From NCBI GenBank assembly GCA_964552565.1, contig CAZKGL010000001.1, positions 237,113 to 301,112 of the forward strand: a stretch of 64,000 nucleotides of DNA, written 5' to 3'. Positions within the stretch are counted from its first letter, which is position 1. The number at the start of each line of letters is the position of its first letter. This document shows positions 9,763-19,594 of this stretch, piece by piece. The DNA is from an uncultured Gammaproteobacteria bacterium (GTDB taxonomy: Bacteria; Patescibacteriota; Patescibacteriia; UBA9934). Made by a program: the position numbers and the translations under genes. Below the pieces are notes generated by a model. It was not told the DNA's origin and searched no databases. It worked only from the letters and a program-made list of their open reading frames with translations.

Positions 9763-12306
9763 ATGCAAGACCACATCATCGTCAAAGGCGCGCGGGAGCA
9801 CAACCTAAAGAACATCTCCGTGTCCATGCCGCGCAACCAACTCATTTGCATTACCGGGCTTTCCGGTAGCGGGAAGTCGAGTTTGGCGTTCGACACCATT
9901 TTCGCCGAAGGCCAGCGCCGCTACATTGAGTCGCTTTCGGCGTATGCGCGGCAGTTCCTTGGCGCCATGCAAAAACCGGACGTCGACGAGATCGAAGGCC
10001 TGTCGCCCGCGATCTCCATCGACCAGAAGGCGCACAGCCGAAATCCGCGCTCGACGATCGCGACGATCACGGAGATCTACGATTACTTGCGCGTCCTTTT
10101 TGCGCGCATCGGCGAGCCGCACTGCCCGAACTGCAGCACGCGCATCGAAAAGCTCACCGTCGACGAGATGGCGGATATTGTGGTGCGGGAGGCGGGGAAG
10201 CGGGGGGAGAAGAAGGGGAAGAAGTCGAAGCCGGAGGATCGCGAAGTGAGCATCTTGGCCCCGGTCATCCGCGGTCGCAAAGGTGAGTATTATCAATTGC
10301 TGTACGATTTGTATAACAGCGGCTTCGCGAAGGTGCGTATCGACGGCAACATGCACCGCTTGAGCGAAAAGATCAGCCTGTCGCGGTACATGCAGCATAC
10401 GATCGAGGTCGTCGTCGACACGATTCCTGTCGTCGATCTCCGGCAGCCGACGAAGGACACGCGCCAGCGCTTGAGCGAGGCGCTCGAGACCGCCACCGAC
10501 CGCGGCGACGGCGTGGCCGTCATCCTGTACGGCGAACAGGAGGAGCGCACGCTGTCCGCACGGTTCAGCTGCGTGCGGTGCGGGTTCTCGTTTCCCGAAA
10601 TCGAGCCGCGCCTGTTTTCGTTCAACAGCCCGTACGGCGCTTGCCAGGCGTGTTCCGGCCTGGGCACCGTCGACCTGTTTTCGGACGAGGTCTGCCCGAA
10701 GTGCAACGGCATGCGCCTGCGTCCCGAGGCGTTGTACGTGTGGATCGGCGAGCGCAACATCGTCGACGTCACTTCGATGTCGGTCGACGCTGCAGTTGCG
10801 TTTTTCCTTACCCTCGACCTCCAGGAACGGCAGCGCGAGATCGCGAGCACGGTATTGAAGGAGATCGAGGCGCGCTTGAGCTTTCTTTTGGACGTCGGCC
10901 TGCACTACCTGACGCTGAATCGCACTGCGGGCACGCTGTCGGGCGGCGAGGCGCAGCGCATCCGCCTCGCGTCGCAGATCGGCTCGCGGCTCACCGGCGC
11001 GCTCTACGTGCTCGACGAGCCGACCATCGGCTTGCACCAGCGCGACAACGAACGGCTCATCAAGACGCTCGAAGACTTGCGCGACCTCGGCAACACCGTG
11101 CTCGTCGTCGAACACGACGAAGACACGATCCGTCGTTCGGACTACATGGTGGAAATCGGTCCGGGGGCGGGCGTGCACGGCGGCCATGTTGTCGCGGCCG
11201 GCCCGGTGCCGGAGATTTTCAAGGACAAGAAGTCGCGGACGGCGGCGTATCTCCGTGGCGACGCGACGATTCCCGTTCCCGACACACGCCGCACAAAAGA
11301 ATCGGGCGCCATCAAAGTGCGCGGCGCGACCGAAAACAACTTGAAGAACGTCGACATCGACTTCCCGTTGCGGCGTTTCGTGTGCGTGACCGGCGTGTCG
11401 GGCAGCGGCAAGTCGTCGCTGGCGTATGACGTCATGTACAAAGCGGTCGCGAAGAAGTTGTACGGCGGCAAGGACAATCCGGGCAGCCACAAGGCGATCC
11501 TCGGCATCGAGTACATCGACAAGGCGATCCTCATCGACCAGTCCGCGATCGGCCGTACGCCGCGCAGCAACCCGGCGACCTACACCGGCGCGTGGGGCCC
11601 CGTTCGCGACCTGTTTGCGATGACCGAAGAGGCGCGCTTCCGCGGCTACAAGCCGGGGCGCTTCAGCTTCAACGTGCCGGGCGGGCGCTGCGACCATTGC
11701 GAAGGGCACGGCGTCATCGAGATCGAGATGCACTTCCTGCCGACGGTGTACGTGACGTGCGAGGTCTGCAAAGGCAAGCGCTTCAACCGCGAGACGCTCG
11801 AGGTGACATACAAGGAGAAGAACATCGCGCAAGTGCTCGAGATGACTATTGAAGAAGCGGCAACGTTCTTCGTCGACATCCCCGAAATCCACGACAAACT
11901 GAAGGCGCTGAACGACGTCGGCTTGAGCTATGTCACCCTCGGCCAGAGCGCGACGACGCTCTCCGGCGGCGAGGCGCAGCGCGTGAAGCTCGCGGCCGAA
12001 CTCAGCAAGCGCCAGACCGGCAAGACGCTGTATCTGCTTGACGAGCCGACGACCGGGCTCCATTTCGACGACGTCAAAAAGCTCCTTGAGGTGCTCCATT
12101 CGCTCGTCGACAAGGGCAACACGATCGTCGTCATCGAACATAACCTCGACGTCATCAAGACCGCGGACTACATTATCGACATGGGCCCCGAGGGCGGCGA
12201 CCAGGGCGGCACCGTCGTCGCGACCGGCACGCCGGAAGAAATTGCGCGCCGCGCGGACAGCCACACGGCGAAATACCTGCGGCCGATGCTGAAGAACAAA
12301 CGTTAG
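9763..12306 (+). CDS. uvrA: Excinuclease ABC subunit A
   Basis: [20 protein letters not shown], two ABC ATPase modules, zinc fingers CPNCSTRI and CEVCKGKRF. Confidence 0.95.
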   Translation: MQDHIIVKGAREHNLKNISVSMPRNQLICITGLSGSGKSSLAFDTIFAEGQRRYIESLSAYARQFLGAMQKPDVDEIEGLSPAISIDQKAHSRNPRSTIATITEIYDYLRVLFARIGEPHCPNCSTRIEKLTVDEMADIVVREAGKRGEKKGKKSKPEDREVSILAPVIRGRKGEYYQLLYDLYNSGFAKVRIDGNMHRLSEKISLSRYMQHTIEVVVDTIPVVDLRQPTKDTRQRLSEALETATDRGDGVAVILYGEQEERTLSARFSCVRCGFSFPEIEPRLFSFNSPYGACQACSGLGTVDLFSDEVCPKCNGMRLRPEALYVWIGERNIVDVTSMSVDAAVAFFLTLDLQERQREIASTVLKEIEARLSFLLDVGLHYLTLNRTAGTLSGGEAQRIRLASQIGSRLTGALYVLDEPTIGLHQRDNERLIKTLEDLRDLGNTVLVVEHDEDTIRRSDYMVEIGPGAGVHGGHVVAAGPVPEIFKDKKSRTAAYLRGDATIPVPDTRRTKESGAIKVRGATENNLKNVDIDFPLRRFVCVTGVSGSGKSSLAYDVMYKAVAKKLYGGKDNPGSHKAILGIEYIDKAILIDQSAIGRTPRSNPATYTGAWGPVRDLFAMTEEARFRGYKPGRFSFNVPGGRCDHCEGHGVIEIEMHFLPTVYVTCEVCKGKRFNRETLEVTYKEKNIAQVLEMTIEEAATFFVDIPEIHDKLKALNDVGLSYVTLGQSATTLSGGEAQRVKLAAELSKRQTGKTLYLLDEPTTGLHFDDVKKLLEVLHSLVDKGNTIVVIEHNLDVIKTADYIIDMGPEGGDQGGTVVATGTPEEIARRADSHTAKYLRPMLKNKR

Positions 12307-12480
12307 CCGCGAATAACCTTCCTTGGGAGGATCTCTTCGAGGAGTTCGCGTAGATTGCTTCGTCATCGGACTCCTCCCAATGACGGATGAATAATGAGAT
12401 CTCGTATAAAGAACTTGTCGTTCTGATCCGGCGATTTACGAAAAATTCCTAGACAATATTGAAATTGACTAGGAAATACG

Positions 12481-12509
12481 TTGACGCGACGGCGTTTCGG
12501 TGCTAACCT
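12481..12509 (+). promoter_or_regulatory. Promoter TTGACG-17-TAACCT (TGc extended)
   Basis: Lies in an AT-richer intergenic region upstream of the 12597 gene. Confidence 0.35.
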
Positions 12510-12596
12510 GCACCGTTCCTTTCCTCCATCGGCGCGAGGCCTCGGGAGCTCTCAAAAGGGTTCCTGGGGCCTCGTTCTGAAGGAGGATGGAATCGC

Positions 12597-13316
12597 ATGC
12601 CCGAAGAGATCCCGATCGACGTCATGGGGGCGCTGCGCAAGGCGCCGCTCGTCGAGTTCACCCGGCACGGCCACGCCGACTACCCGGAGTACGGCCTGGC
12701 CTGCGGCCACGCCGGCGGACGGATGGTGTTCGCGCGCTACCGGTCCGGACGCATCGTGCTCGGCACGCTCGAGGCGAAGGAGGAGGTGCGCTTCATCAAC
12801 GGCGTCGGGCTTGGCGACCTCGTCGCCAAGGCGTACGACGACCCGCGTCGTCACGACGACTGGGTCCGCATCGAGTACCTCGACCCCGAGGACCAGGAGC
12901 GCGTCATCCGCCAGGTCGCCGACTTCAGCGCGTGGCGCGCTGCGGAGTTCGTGAAGTACGCGACCTTCAACGGCGCGCGCCGCATCGCGCGGAACGCTGC
13001 GCTGCCGGTCATCGTGCGCATCGCGGCTTACCCGAAGATCCGCACGCCCCGGCTGCGCGCGAAGCTCGAGGCGCTCGTCCACTCGAGCGCCTGGCCCGAG
13101 GGCGAGGCGCGGCACGAGTACATGGTTGGCGCGGCGGTCGTCGCGCTGGCGCAGATCCGCGCCGGGCAGCCGCTGACCGACCCGGATGCGCTGCCGGTCA
13201 TCGTGCAGCAGCAGATCGCGCTCAACGCGGCGGGCACGTACAAGCTTTTCGACGGCTCGTGGATGACGGAAGTCCGGGCGCTCCACGAAGCGGCGGGCGA
13301 CACGGGTATCGAGTGA
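12597..13316 (+). CDS. Hypothetical protein (239 aa)
   Basis: GGAGG RBS (gaaGGAGGatggaatcgcATG). No recognisable domain. Confidence 0.55.
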   Translation: MPEEIPIDVMGALRKAPLVEFTRHGHADYPEYGLACGHAGGRMVFARYRSGRIVLGTLEAKEEVRFINGVGLGDLVAKAYDDPRRHDDWVRIEYLDPEDQERVIRQVADFSAWRAAEFVKYATFNGARRIARNAALPVIVRIAAYPKIRTPRLRAKLEALVHSSAWPEGEARHEYMVGAAVVALAQIRAGQPLTDPDALPVIVQQQIALNAAGTYKLFDGSWMTEVRALHEAAGDTGIE

Positions 13317-13444
13317 ACGTCGGGGGTGCGGGGTTCGGGTCCATGCCCGACCTCGTACCCTCGCGAGACCAAAGATTCGAAGACCGCTTCGGTGCTTTGG
13401 CCTCGCCTGGACCAGATAGAAAGGCGCAGGGTAAGGAGGCGATC

Positions 13445-13597
13445 ATGACCCAGAAGGACAAGCTCGTGCCCACGGTGTGCCGTGGCCCCGAAGCGATTCG
13501 TGCGACGCCGCAGCCGCCGCCGAAGGGGTGCGAGCCGAAGGGATGTACGCGCGTGGGGTGCGGCCTCCGACGAGGCGTGAAGCGCGACGTCATGTAG
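13445..13597 (+). CDS. Small Cys-rich peptide (50 aa), pattern C-x16-C-x4-C-x4-C
   Basis: Strong RBS AAGGAGG 5 nt upstream. High GC3. Sequence MTQKDKLVPTVCRGPEAIRATPQPPPKGCEPKGCTRVGCGLRRGVKRDVM. It lies in a long open frame (12587..13597), so it could be spurious. Confidence 0.35.
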   Translation: MTQKDKLVPTVCRGPEAIRATPQPPPKGCEPKGCTRVGCGLRRGVKRDVM

Positions 13598-13743
13598 CGG
13601 AGGACGTTGCAGGCGCGAGGGAAGGCAATGCCTCCCTCGCGCCGCGAGACCGGACTGCTGAACCTGTTTCAGCCGCGCGGTCTCGCTGAGACGTTGGCGA
13701 GGAAATCACCAGTGTGTGGTCACCAAAGGGAGGGTATCGATCC

Positions 13744-14010
13744 ATGGTCAATCAATCCGTCGCGTCCCGTCGGGGGGACATCCAACACCGCGTGATCGAG
13801 GTCATGAACGGGTTCCGCAGCCCGGACGTCACCCGGTCGGTCACGCTCGAGGATGCGATCATCGACGTCGTCAACGATTCGATGGACTGGGTGGAGGCGT
13901 GCATGGATCTCGAGCAGCAGTTCAAGGTCACGCTCGAGATCGGCGACTACTACGAGAAGCGGAGGCCGATCCGCGACATCGTCGACGCGATCATGCAGGC
14001 CAACGCGTAG
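13744..14010 (+). CDS. Acyl carrier protein-like phosphopantetheine-binding protein (orphan)
   Basis: The DSMDWVEACMDLEQQFKVTLEI...IRDIVDAIMQ region matches the ACP helix II DSL motif and the helix III/IV pattern. GGAGG RBS 10 nt upstream. Confidence 0.6.
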   Translation: MVNQSVASRRGDIQHRVIEVMNGFRSPDVTRSVTLEDAIIDVVNDSMDWVEACMDLEQQFKVTLEIGDYYEKRRPIRDIVDAIMQANA

Positions 14011-14161
14011 GGCCGGGGTGCGGGGCAGGATGGGGTTCGCCCGTCCGCTCCGCACCCTCGCCAAGCATCTTTTTTTGTTTTAGGGTGCCTTGTTCAAAAA
14101 CTGACGATCGGCAGATTTTGAGCAGTTGCATGTGCCGTCTCTTTTCGGCAAACTGGAACGC

Positions 14162-15505
14162 ATGGTACGCGCAGATATTGTCATTAAAAACGGAGGCCTG
14201 CCCGACAATCCTGGGGTCTACTTTTATTACGACAAGAACGGCACGCTGCTGTACATCGGCAAGGCGACGAGTCTGCGGAAGCGTGTCGGGTCATACTTTG
14301 TGAAGGCGCACGACGCGCGCATCGAAGACCTTGTGCGCACCATTGCGCGTATCGAGTACATCGAGACGCCGACGGTCATCGAGGCGCTCGTGCTTGAGGC
14401 GAACCAGATCAAGAAGCACCAGCCGCCGTACAACGTCATGCAGCGGGACGACAAGAGCTTCTTGTACCTGTGCATCACGAATGAAGACTTTCCGAAGCCC
14501 GTGCTTTTGCGCGGCTTCGATCTCGAGCGCATGGGCATCAAGCCGTTCTCGCGGACGCTTTCGCTTGCGGCGCGCCGGAAGTTTCTTGGCGTCTACGGCC
14601 CCTACATCAGCGGCCGGTCGCTGCGCACCGCGCTTGAGCTCGTTCGGAAGTCGATTCCTTGGTCAACCTGCGCGCCCGGCCAGAACCGTCCGTGTTTTGA
14701 TGCGCAAATTGGGAAGTGCCCGGGCGTGTGCGTCGGTGTCGTATCCAAAAACGCATACCGCAAAACGATGCGCCAGCTCATGCTGTTCTTTTCCGGCAAG
14801 AAGGACCAACTGCTGCGCCAGCTGACGCGCGAGATGCAGCGTGCCGCAAAAGCGGGAAGGTTCGAAGAGGCCGCGAAACTGCGCGACCGTGTCTTTGCGC
14901 TCGAACACATTAAAGACATTTCGCTCATCACCCGTGAAGAGGAGGATTTGCGCGCGAAATGGCGCAGCGATAACGCGGTGCGCCCGTTCATCGACATCGA
15001 CGGGCGTATTGAGGCGTACGACATCGCGCATCTTTCCGGCACGTCGAACGTCGCGTCGATGGTCGTGTTTGAGGGTGGCCGCCCGAGCAAGAGCCAGTAC
15101 CGCCGGTTCCGCATCAAAGGGTTTGAGGGCGCGAACGATGTCGCCGCGATGGAGGAGGTGATTCGCCGTCGTGTCAAACGGAACGTGGTGACGCCGAATG
15201 CTTGGCCGCTGCCGGAGCTGATGGTGATCGATGGCGGCGAGTTGCAGGTGGCAGCGGCGCAGCACGTACTCGACGAACTCGGCGTGAAGGTGCCGGTCGT
15301 CGGCATTGCAAAGGGCGTTGACCGGAAACAGGATCGTTTGGTGTATGACGAGTCGGATGCAGAGTTGAAACGCGTCGTCACGAGTTTTAAAACCGTGCTG
15401 CAGGCCGCGCGCGACGAAGCGCACCGGTTTGCCGGGGCGTATCATCGCGTGCTCCGCAGCAAGCGCTCGCTGGGCATTTCGCCGATCAAAAAGAAGCGCG
15501 CATAA
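14162..15505 (+). CDS. uvrC: Excinuclease ABC subunit C, short form (447 aa) lacking the C-terminal HhH region
   Basis: GIY-YIG N-terminus (GVYFYYDKNGTLLYIGKATSLRKRVGSYF), UvrBC-interaction region and RNase H-like endonuclease domain. Ends at SKRSLGISPIKKKRA. Confidence 0.9.
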   Translation: MVRADIVIKNGGLPDNPGVYFYYDKNGTLLYIGKATSLRKRVGSYFVKAHDARIEDLVRTIARIEYIETPTVIEALVLEANQIKKHQPPYNVMQRDDKSFLYLCITNEDFPKPVLLRGFDLERMGIKPFSRTLSLAARRKFLGVYGPYISGRSLRTALELVRKSIPWSTCAPGQNRPCFDAQIGKCPGVCVGVVSKNAYRKTMRQLMLFFSGKKDQLLRQLTREMQRAAKAGRFEEAAKLRDRVFALEHIKDISLITREEEDLRAKWRSDNAVRPFIDIDGRIEAYDIAHLSGTSNVASMVVFEGGRPSKSQYRRFRIKGFEGANDVAAMEEVIRRRVKRNVVTPNAWPLPELMVIDGGELQVAAAQHVLDELGVKVPVVGIAKGVDRKQDRLVYDESDAELKRVVTSFKTVLQAARDEAHRFAGAYHRVLRSKRSLGISPIKKKRA

Positions 15506-15563
15506 CAACACCGAACCCCGCGCGAAGCGAGGTTCGGCGGGGTGGAGACGACGGAGGGGTGCG

Positions 15564-15872
15564 CTAGTGCGGAGGGTTGTTGCAGTCCTCGACGGCTTCG
15601 TCGAACGACCAGCCCTCGTTGCGGACGCGGTAGCTGACGCACGCCCGAGTCTTGCTCGACTCAGTGGAGCTGGTGAGCCAGGCGCTGAAGGCGGCATCTT
15701 CTTCCGGGACGAGCATCCCGTCCTCGTCGAGGAACGGGAGGCGATCCGCGCCGCCATCGGCGGTGGTGCCGTCGGCGTCGTGGTCGGGTTGCGTGGGGCA
15801 GGCGGCCAGGGTGCTGCCGAGGACGGTTCCCATGAACGCGATGAGCAGGAAGGAGCGGAGAAGCGAGGACAA
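15564..15872 (-). CDS. Small secreted lipoprotein (hypothetical)
   Basis: TTG start 7 nt after GGAGG. Lipoprotein signal peptide MSSLLRSFLLIAFMGTVLGSTLAAC with LAAC lipobox. Convergent with uvrC. Confidence 0.4.
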   Translation of the reverse strand: MSSLLRSFLLIAFMGTVLGSTLAACPTQPDHDADGTTADGGADRLPFLDEDGMLVPEEDAAFSAWLTSSTESSKTRACVSYRVRNEGWSFDEAVEDCNNPPH

Positions 15873-16037
15873 GACGGGGCCTCCGGAGTGCGCATACAGG
15901 ATACTGCTTCCACGTGAAAATGCAACGTCCGGTGGGGAATCGATGTCGGGAACGTTTATGCACAAGAACAAACGCCGAACGCGTTTTTTGTTTTGTGCCA
16001 GCGGAAAACTTCGTCGTGAGCAATTTGGAACGTTGTG

Positions 16038-16090
16038 TTGACCTTTGGAGTGTCGTGGGGTAAAGTGGTGTTGTTAGGCATGAAGTGGGG
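16038..16090 (+). promoter_or_regulatory. mraZ promoter (TTGACC-17-TAAAGT) with three GTGG(G/T)G MraZ-box-like direct repeats at 10/20-bp spacing
   Basis: GTGGGG 16055, GTGGTG 16065 and GTGGGG 16085 resemble the known MraZ autoregulatory arrangement. Confidence 0.45.
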
Positions 16091-16192
16091 CATGCGCCGG
16101 CAACTAGAGGCCGGACGTAGGCAACACTTCTTTTTGTGGAAAGAGCAGGGCGCTTCACCCCGGTGAGGAGTCCGAAGTAAGTCACGATCGCC

Positions 16193-16624
16193 ATGTTCCT
16201 TGGCGAATACCATCATTCCATCGACGACAAGGGGCGCGTCAGCGTCCCTACGAAGTTCCGCGACGACCTCGCAAAAGGGGCGGTCGTGACTCGAGGTCTC
16301 GACACTTCACTGTTCCTGCTTCCCTTGGAGGAGTGGGGCAAGCTTGCTGAGAAATTGGCAGGTTTGCCCCTGGGGCAGGCCAATTCACGTGCGTTCTCCC
16401 GACTCATGCTTGCGGGGGCAATGGACGTGCGGCTTGACGGGCAGGGACGGTTCGTCATTCCGGAGTACTTGCGAGAGTACGCCGGTCTCAAGAAGGACGT
16501 GGTGGTAGTAGGCGTCCACAACCGTTTGGAGTTGTGGGACGAGGAGGAGTGGAAGACGTACACCGCGAAGACAGAGGAGGATGCGGAAACGATCGCCGAA
16601 CAGCTCGGCGGCCTCGGCATCTAG
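16193..16624 (+). CDS. mraZ: Transcriptional regulator MraZ
   Basis: MFLGEYHHSIDDKGRVSVP. Duplicated MraZ domain. Confidence 0.9.
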   Translation: MFLGEYHHSIDDKGRVSVPTKFRDDLAKGAVVTRGLDTSLFLLPLEEWGKLAEKLAGLPLGQANSRAFSRLMLAGAMDVRLDGQGRFVIPEYLREYAGLKKDVVVVGVHNRLELWDEEEWKTYTAKTEEDAETIAEQLGGLGI

Positions 16625-16626
16625 CT

Positions 16627-17502
16627 ATGGAACACATCCCGGTACTTGCGAAGGAGGTTCTTGACGGTCTTGCGCTCCGCCCGGGCATGACGGTTCTTGA
16701 CGGCACCCTCGGCCTTGGCGGCCACGCGAACCTCATGCTCGACGCGACGGCGCCGGATGGGCAGTTGGTCGGCTTCGACCGTGACGCACGCAACCTTGCG
16801 CGGGCACAGGAACGGCTGGCGCGGTTCGCCGGACGGACGACGCTCGTCAACGACTCGTTTGGCAACGCCGCACAGTACGACATCCCCGCGCTCGACGCCG
16901 CACTGCTCGACCTTGGCTTCTCGTCGCTCCATGTGGACGACCCCGCACGCGGGTTCTCGTTCATGCACGACGGGCCGCTCGACATGCGGTACGACACGCG
17001 CCAGGAATTGACGGCCGAAGCGGTCGTCAACGGATGGTCGCGCGACGACCTTGCGCAGCTCTTCCGCGCATACGGCGAAGAACCGTACGCGAGCGGCATC
17101 GCGAAGGCGATCACCGAGGCGCGAAAGAAGCAGCGTATTGCGACGACGGGACAATTGGCAGACCTGATTTCATCACTCGCCGGAAGGCCCGCTGGGCGGG
17201 CCGGTGGAGGGCGCCGAACGCATCCTGCAACACGCGTGTTCCAGGCCCTGCGCATTGCGGTGAATGATGAGCTCGGAGAGCTCGCACGCGGACTCACGGC
17301 GCTTACCGAACGGTTGAAACCCGGCGGAAGGCTCGCGGTCATCACGTTCCATTCGCTCGAAGACCGGGCGGTGAAGCGGTTCATGAAGGAGACGGAGGGG
17401 CTCGCGACGTTGACGAAGAAACCGGTCGTCCCGTCCCGCGACGAAGTGGTCCGCAACCCGCGGTCGCGCAGCGCAAAGCTGCGGATCGCCATCAAGCAGT
17501 AA
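16627..17502 (+). CDS. rsmH: 16S rRNA (cytosine1402-N4)-methyltransferase
   Basis: MEHIPVL start and the DGTLGLGGH SAM motif. Adjacent to mraZ. Confidence 0.9.
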   Translation: MEHIPVLAKEVLDGLALRPGMTVLDGTLGLGGHANLMLDATAPDGQLVGFDRDARNLARAQERLARFAGRTTLVNDSFGNAAQYDIPALDAALLDLGFSSLHVDDPARGFSFMHDGPLDMRYDTRQELTAEAVVNGWSRDDLAQLFRAYGEEPYASGIAKAITEARKKQRIATTGQLADLISSLAGRPAGRAGGGRRTHPATRVFQALRIAVNDELGELARGLTALTERLKPGGRLAVITFHSLEDRAVKRFMKETEGLATLTKKPVVPSRDEVVRNPRSRSAKLRIAIKQ

Positions 17503-17519
17503 CGCATACGAAGGAGGAT

Positions 17520-17837
17520 ATGTCGGAGGCACGCACACGCATCGCCGTCTTACTCGGCAACAAAAAGCTCCTCAACACCGTCGTCGCCGGTCTCATCGTT
17601 GCGTTCGGCGTGTTGTACATCGCCCAAGTGAACGCCGCGGCGAGCAAGGGCTTGGCGTTGCGCGCCCTCGAAGAGCGGAACGACGCGCTGCGCGTTGAAG
17701 TGCAGATGACTGCGGCGAAAATCGATGAGCTGCGTTCGCTCGACAGCGTCATGCAGCGCGAACAATTGCTTGGCCTGGTAAAGGCGGAACGCGTTTCGTA
17801 CGTCAGCGTACCGAGCGGCGCCGTGGCGCTCCGTTAG
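17520..17837 (+). CDS. ftsL: Cell division protein FtsL-like (single TM plus coiled coil)
   Basis: Position after rsmH, AGGAGG RBS, TM helix, leucine-zipper-like segment. Confidence 0.6.
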   Translation: MSEARTRIAVLLGNKKLLNTVVAGLIVAFGVLYIAQVNAAASKGLALRALEERNDALRVEVQMTAAKIDELRSLDSVMQREQLLGLVKAERVSYVSVPSGAVALR

Positions 17838-17851
17838 GAAATGGTGCTACA

Positions 17852-19459
17852 ATGACGGCATCTATGCCGTCTGATGGTTCGAACACTCGACGACCGCGAC
17901 CGGCGGTTCTTGTTGTTCTCGACGGGTTTGGCGTTGCGCCGGACGGCGAAGGGAACGCCATCGCGCAGGCCGACGCACCGACGTTCGCCATGCTCACGTC
18001 GCGCTATCCTGTGATGACGCTGCGCGCATCCGGGGAGACCGTTGGGCTCTCATGGGGCGAGATGGGCAACTCGGAAGTCGGCCACCTCACGATCGGCGCG
18101 GGCCGCGTGTACTACCAGACGCTGCCGCGCATCAACCGCGCCATCCAAGACGGGAGTTTTGCGACGATGCCAGCGTTTCTCGGCGCGGTGGAGCACGTCA
18201 CACAGTCAAAAGGGACGCTGCACCTGCTTGGCATCGTGTCGGCCGGCAAGGTGCACGGGTTCGACGAACATTGCGTCGAGCTGTTGAAGGTTGCGAAGGC
18301 AAACGGGCTGAAGGACGTTGCGGTCCATGCCATCCTCGACGGCCGCGACACGCTGTACAACTCGGGCATCGATTTTCTCACTGCGCTCGAAGCGAAGATG
18401 GCGGAGATCGGCGTCGGGCGTATCGCGTCCTTGTCCGGCCGCTATTACGCGATGGATCGCGACAACCGTTGGGACCGCGTCGAAAAAGCGTATCACGCCA
18501 TCGCGCTCGGGCAGGGCAATACCGCGACGTCGGCGCGCCAGGCGATAACCGATTCCTACGCGAAAGAGGTCTACGACGAAGAGTTTGTCCCCACCGTGCT
18601 CACGGAGAGCGGGAAACCGGTCGCGCCCGTCGCGGAAGGCGATGCGGTCATCTTTTTCAATTTCCGTCCCGACCGCGCACGCGAACTCACGAAAGCGTTC
18701 GCGTTGCCGTCGTTCGACAAGTTTTCCCGCGCCTACATCAAGGACCTCATGTTCGTGACGTTTACGGAGTACGAAGAAGGGCTGCCGGTCACGGTCGCGT
18801 TCCCGCCGGTCGCGATTACGAATACGCTTGCCGAAGTGCTGTCGCAGCACGGGCTCGTGCAACTCCACATCGCCGAGACGGAAAAGTACGCCCACGTCAC
18901 GTTTTTCATGAACGGCACGCGGGAAGATCCGTTCCCGAACGAAGACCGCGTCATCATCCCGTCGCCGTCGGTCGCGAGTTATGACAAGGCTCCGGAGATG
19001 TCGGCGCGCGCCATTGCGGACCGCGTTGTCAAAGAGATCGGGACCGGCAACTACGACGCCATCATCATGAACCTCGCGAATCCCGACATGGTCGGCCACA
19101 CCGGCGACCTCCTCGCGACGAAGAAGGCGGTCGAGGTCGTCGACGGCTGCGTGCGCGACATCGTCGACGCGGCGCTTGCGGCGGACGGCGTGGTGTTCAT
19201 TACCGCCGACCACGGCAACGCGGAAGAGGTGCTCAACCTGCAAACGCGCGGCGTGGACAAGGAGCACAGCACGAACCCGGTGCCGTTTTGGATCGTCGGC
19301 AAGCAGTTTGAAGGGAAGACGTCGCCGAGCGGCGACGTCCCGAACGGCGACCTGTCGCTCGTCCCGCCGGTCGGTATGCTCGCCGACGTCGCCCCGACCA
19401 TCCTCAAGGTGCTTGGCATCCCCCAGCCGCCGGACATGACCGGCGCGCCACTGATTTGA
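17852..19459 (+). CDS. gpmI: 2,3-bisphosphoglycerate-independent phosphoglycerate mutase
   Basis: VLDGFG, SEVGHLTIGAGR and ADHGNAE motifs across the full length. Confidence 0.9.
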   Translation: MTASMPSDGSNTRRPRPAVLVVLDGFGVAPDGEGNAIAQADAPTFAMLTSRYPVMTLRASGETVGLSWGEMGNSEVGHLTIGAGRVYYQTLPRINRAIQDGSFATMPAFLGAVEHVTQSKGTLHLLGIVSAGKVHGFDEHCVELLKVAKANGLKDVAVHAILDGRDTLYNSGIDFLTALEAKMAEIGVGRIASLSGRYYAMDRDNRWDRVEKAYHAIALGQGNTATSARQAITDSYAKEVYDEEFVPTVLTESGKPVAPVAEGDAVIFFNFRPDRARELTKAFALPSFDKFSRAYIKDLMFVTFTEYEEGLPVTVAFPPVAITNTLAEVLSQHGLVQLHIAETEKYAHVTFFMNGTREDPFPNEDRVIIPSPSVASYDKAPEMSARAIADRVVKEIGTGNYDAIIMNLANPDMVGHTGDLLATKKAVEVVDGCVRDIVDAALAADGVVFITADHGNAEEVLNLQTRGVDKEHSTNPVPFWIVGKQFEGKTSPSGDVPNGDLSLVPPVGMLADVAPTILKVLGIPQPPDMTGAPLI

Positions 19460-19460
19460 T

Positions 19461-19592
19461 ATGTCCCCCCAAGATAAAAAAGTCCTCATTGTGTGCGGCA
19501 TCGTGCTCGTCGTCGGCGTTGTCATCCTCGCGGTCGCGGTGAGCGGCGGCGACTTCCGCTACGCCCCGGGCGGTTGGGTGCCGAACGCATAA
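19461..19592 (+). CDS. Small membrane peptide (43 aa), not in ORF track
   Basis: ATG 1 nt after the gpmI stop, single hydrophobic helix (VLIVCGIVLVVGVVILAVAV), high GC3. Confidence 0.35.
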   Translation: MSPQDKKVLIVCGIVLVVGVVILAVAVSGGDFRYAPGGWVPNA

Positions 19593-19594
19593 TT

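Noticed and set aside
9805-12366. Very long antisense ORFs opposite uvrA (853 aa), nrdJ (40341..42785, 814 aa), dnaK (56966..59128), PBP2 (45818..47737), uvrC and others
   Set aside because: They are Arg/Ala/Gly-rich and lie opposite strongly conserved genes. Open antisense frames are expected at about 66% GC because stop codons are rare there.
12587-13597. 336-aa ORF 12587..13597 as a single gene
   Set aside because: It is out of frame with the RBS-supported 12597..13316 gene, and its first kilobase is Arg-rich junk. Only the RBS-preceded 50-aa tail (13445..13597) was kept, as a low-confidence peptide.
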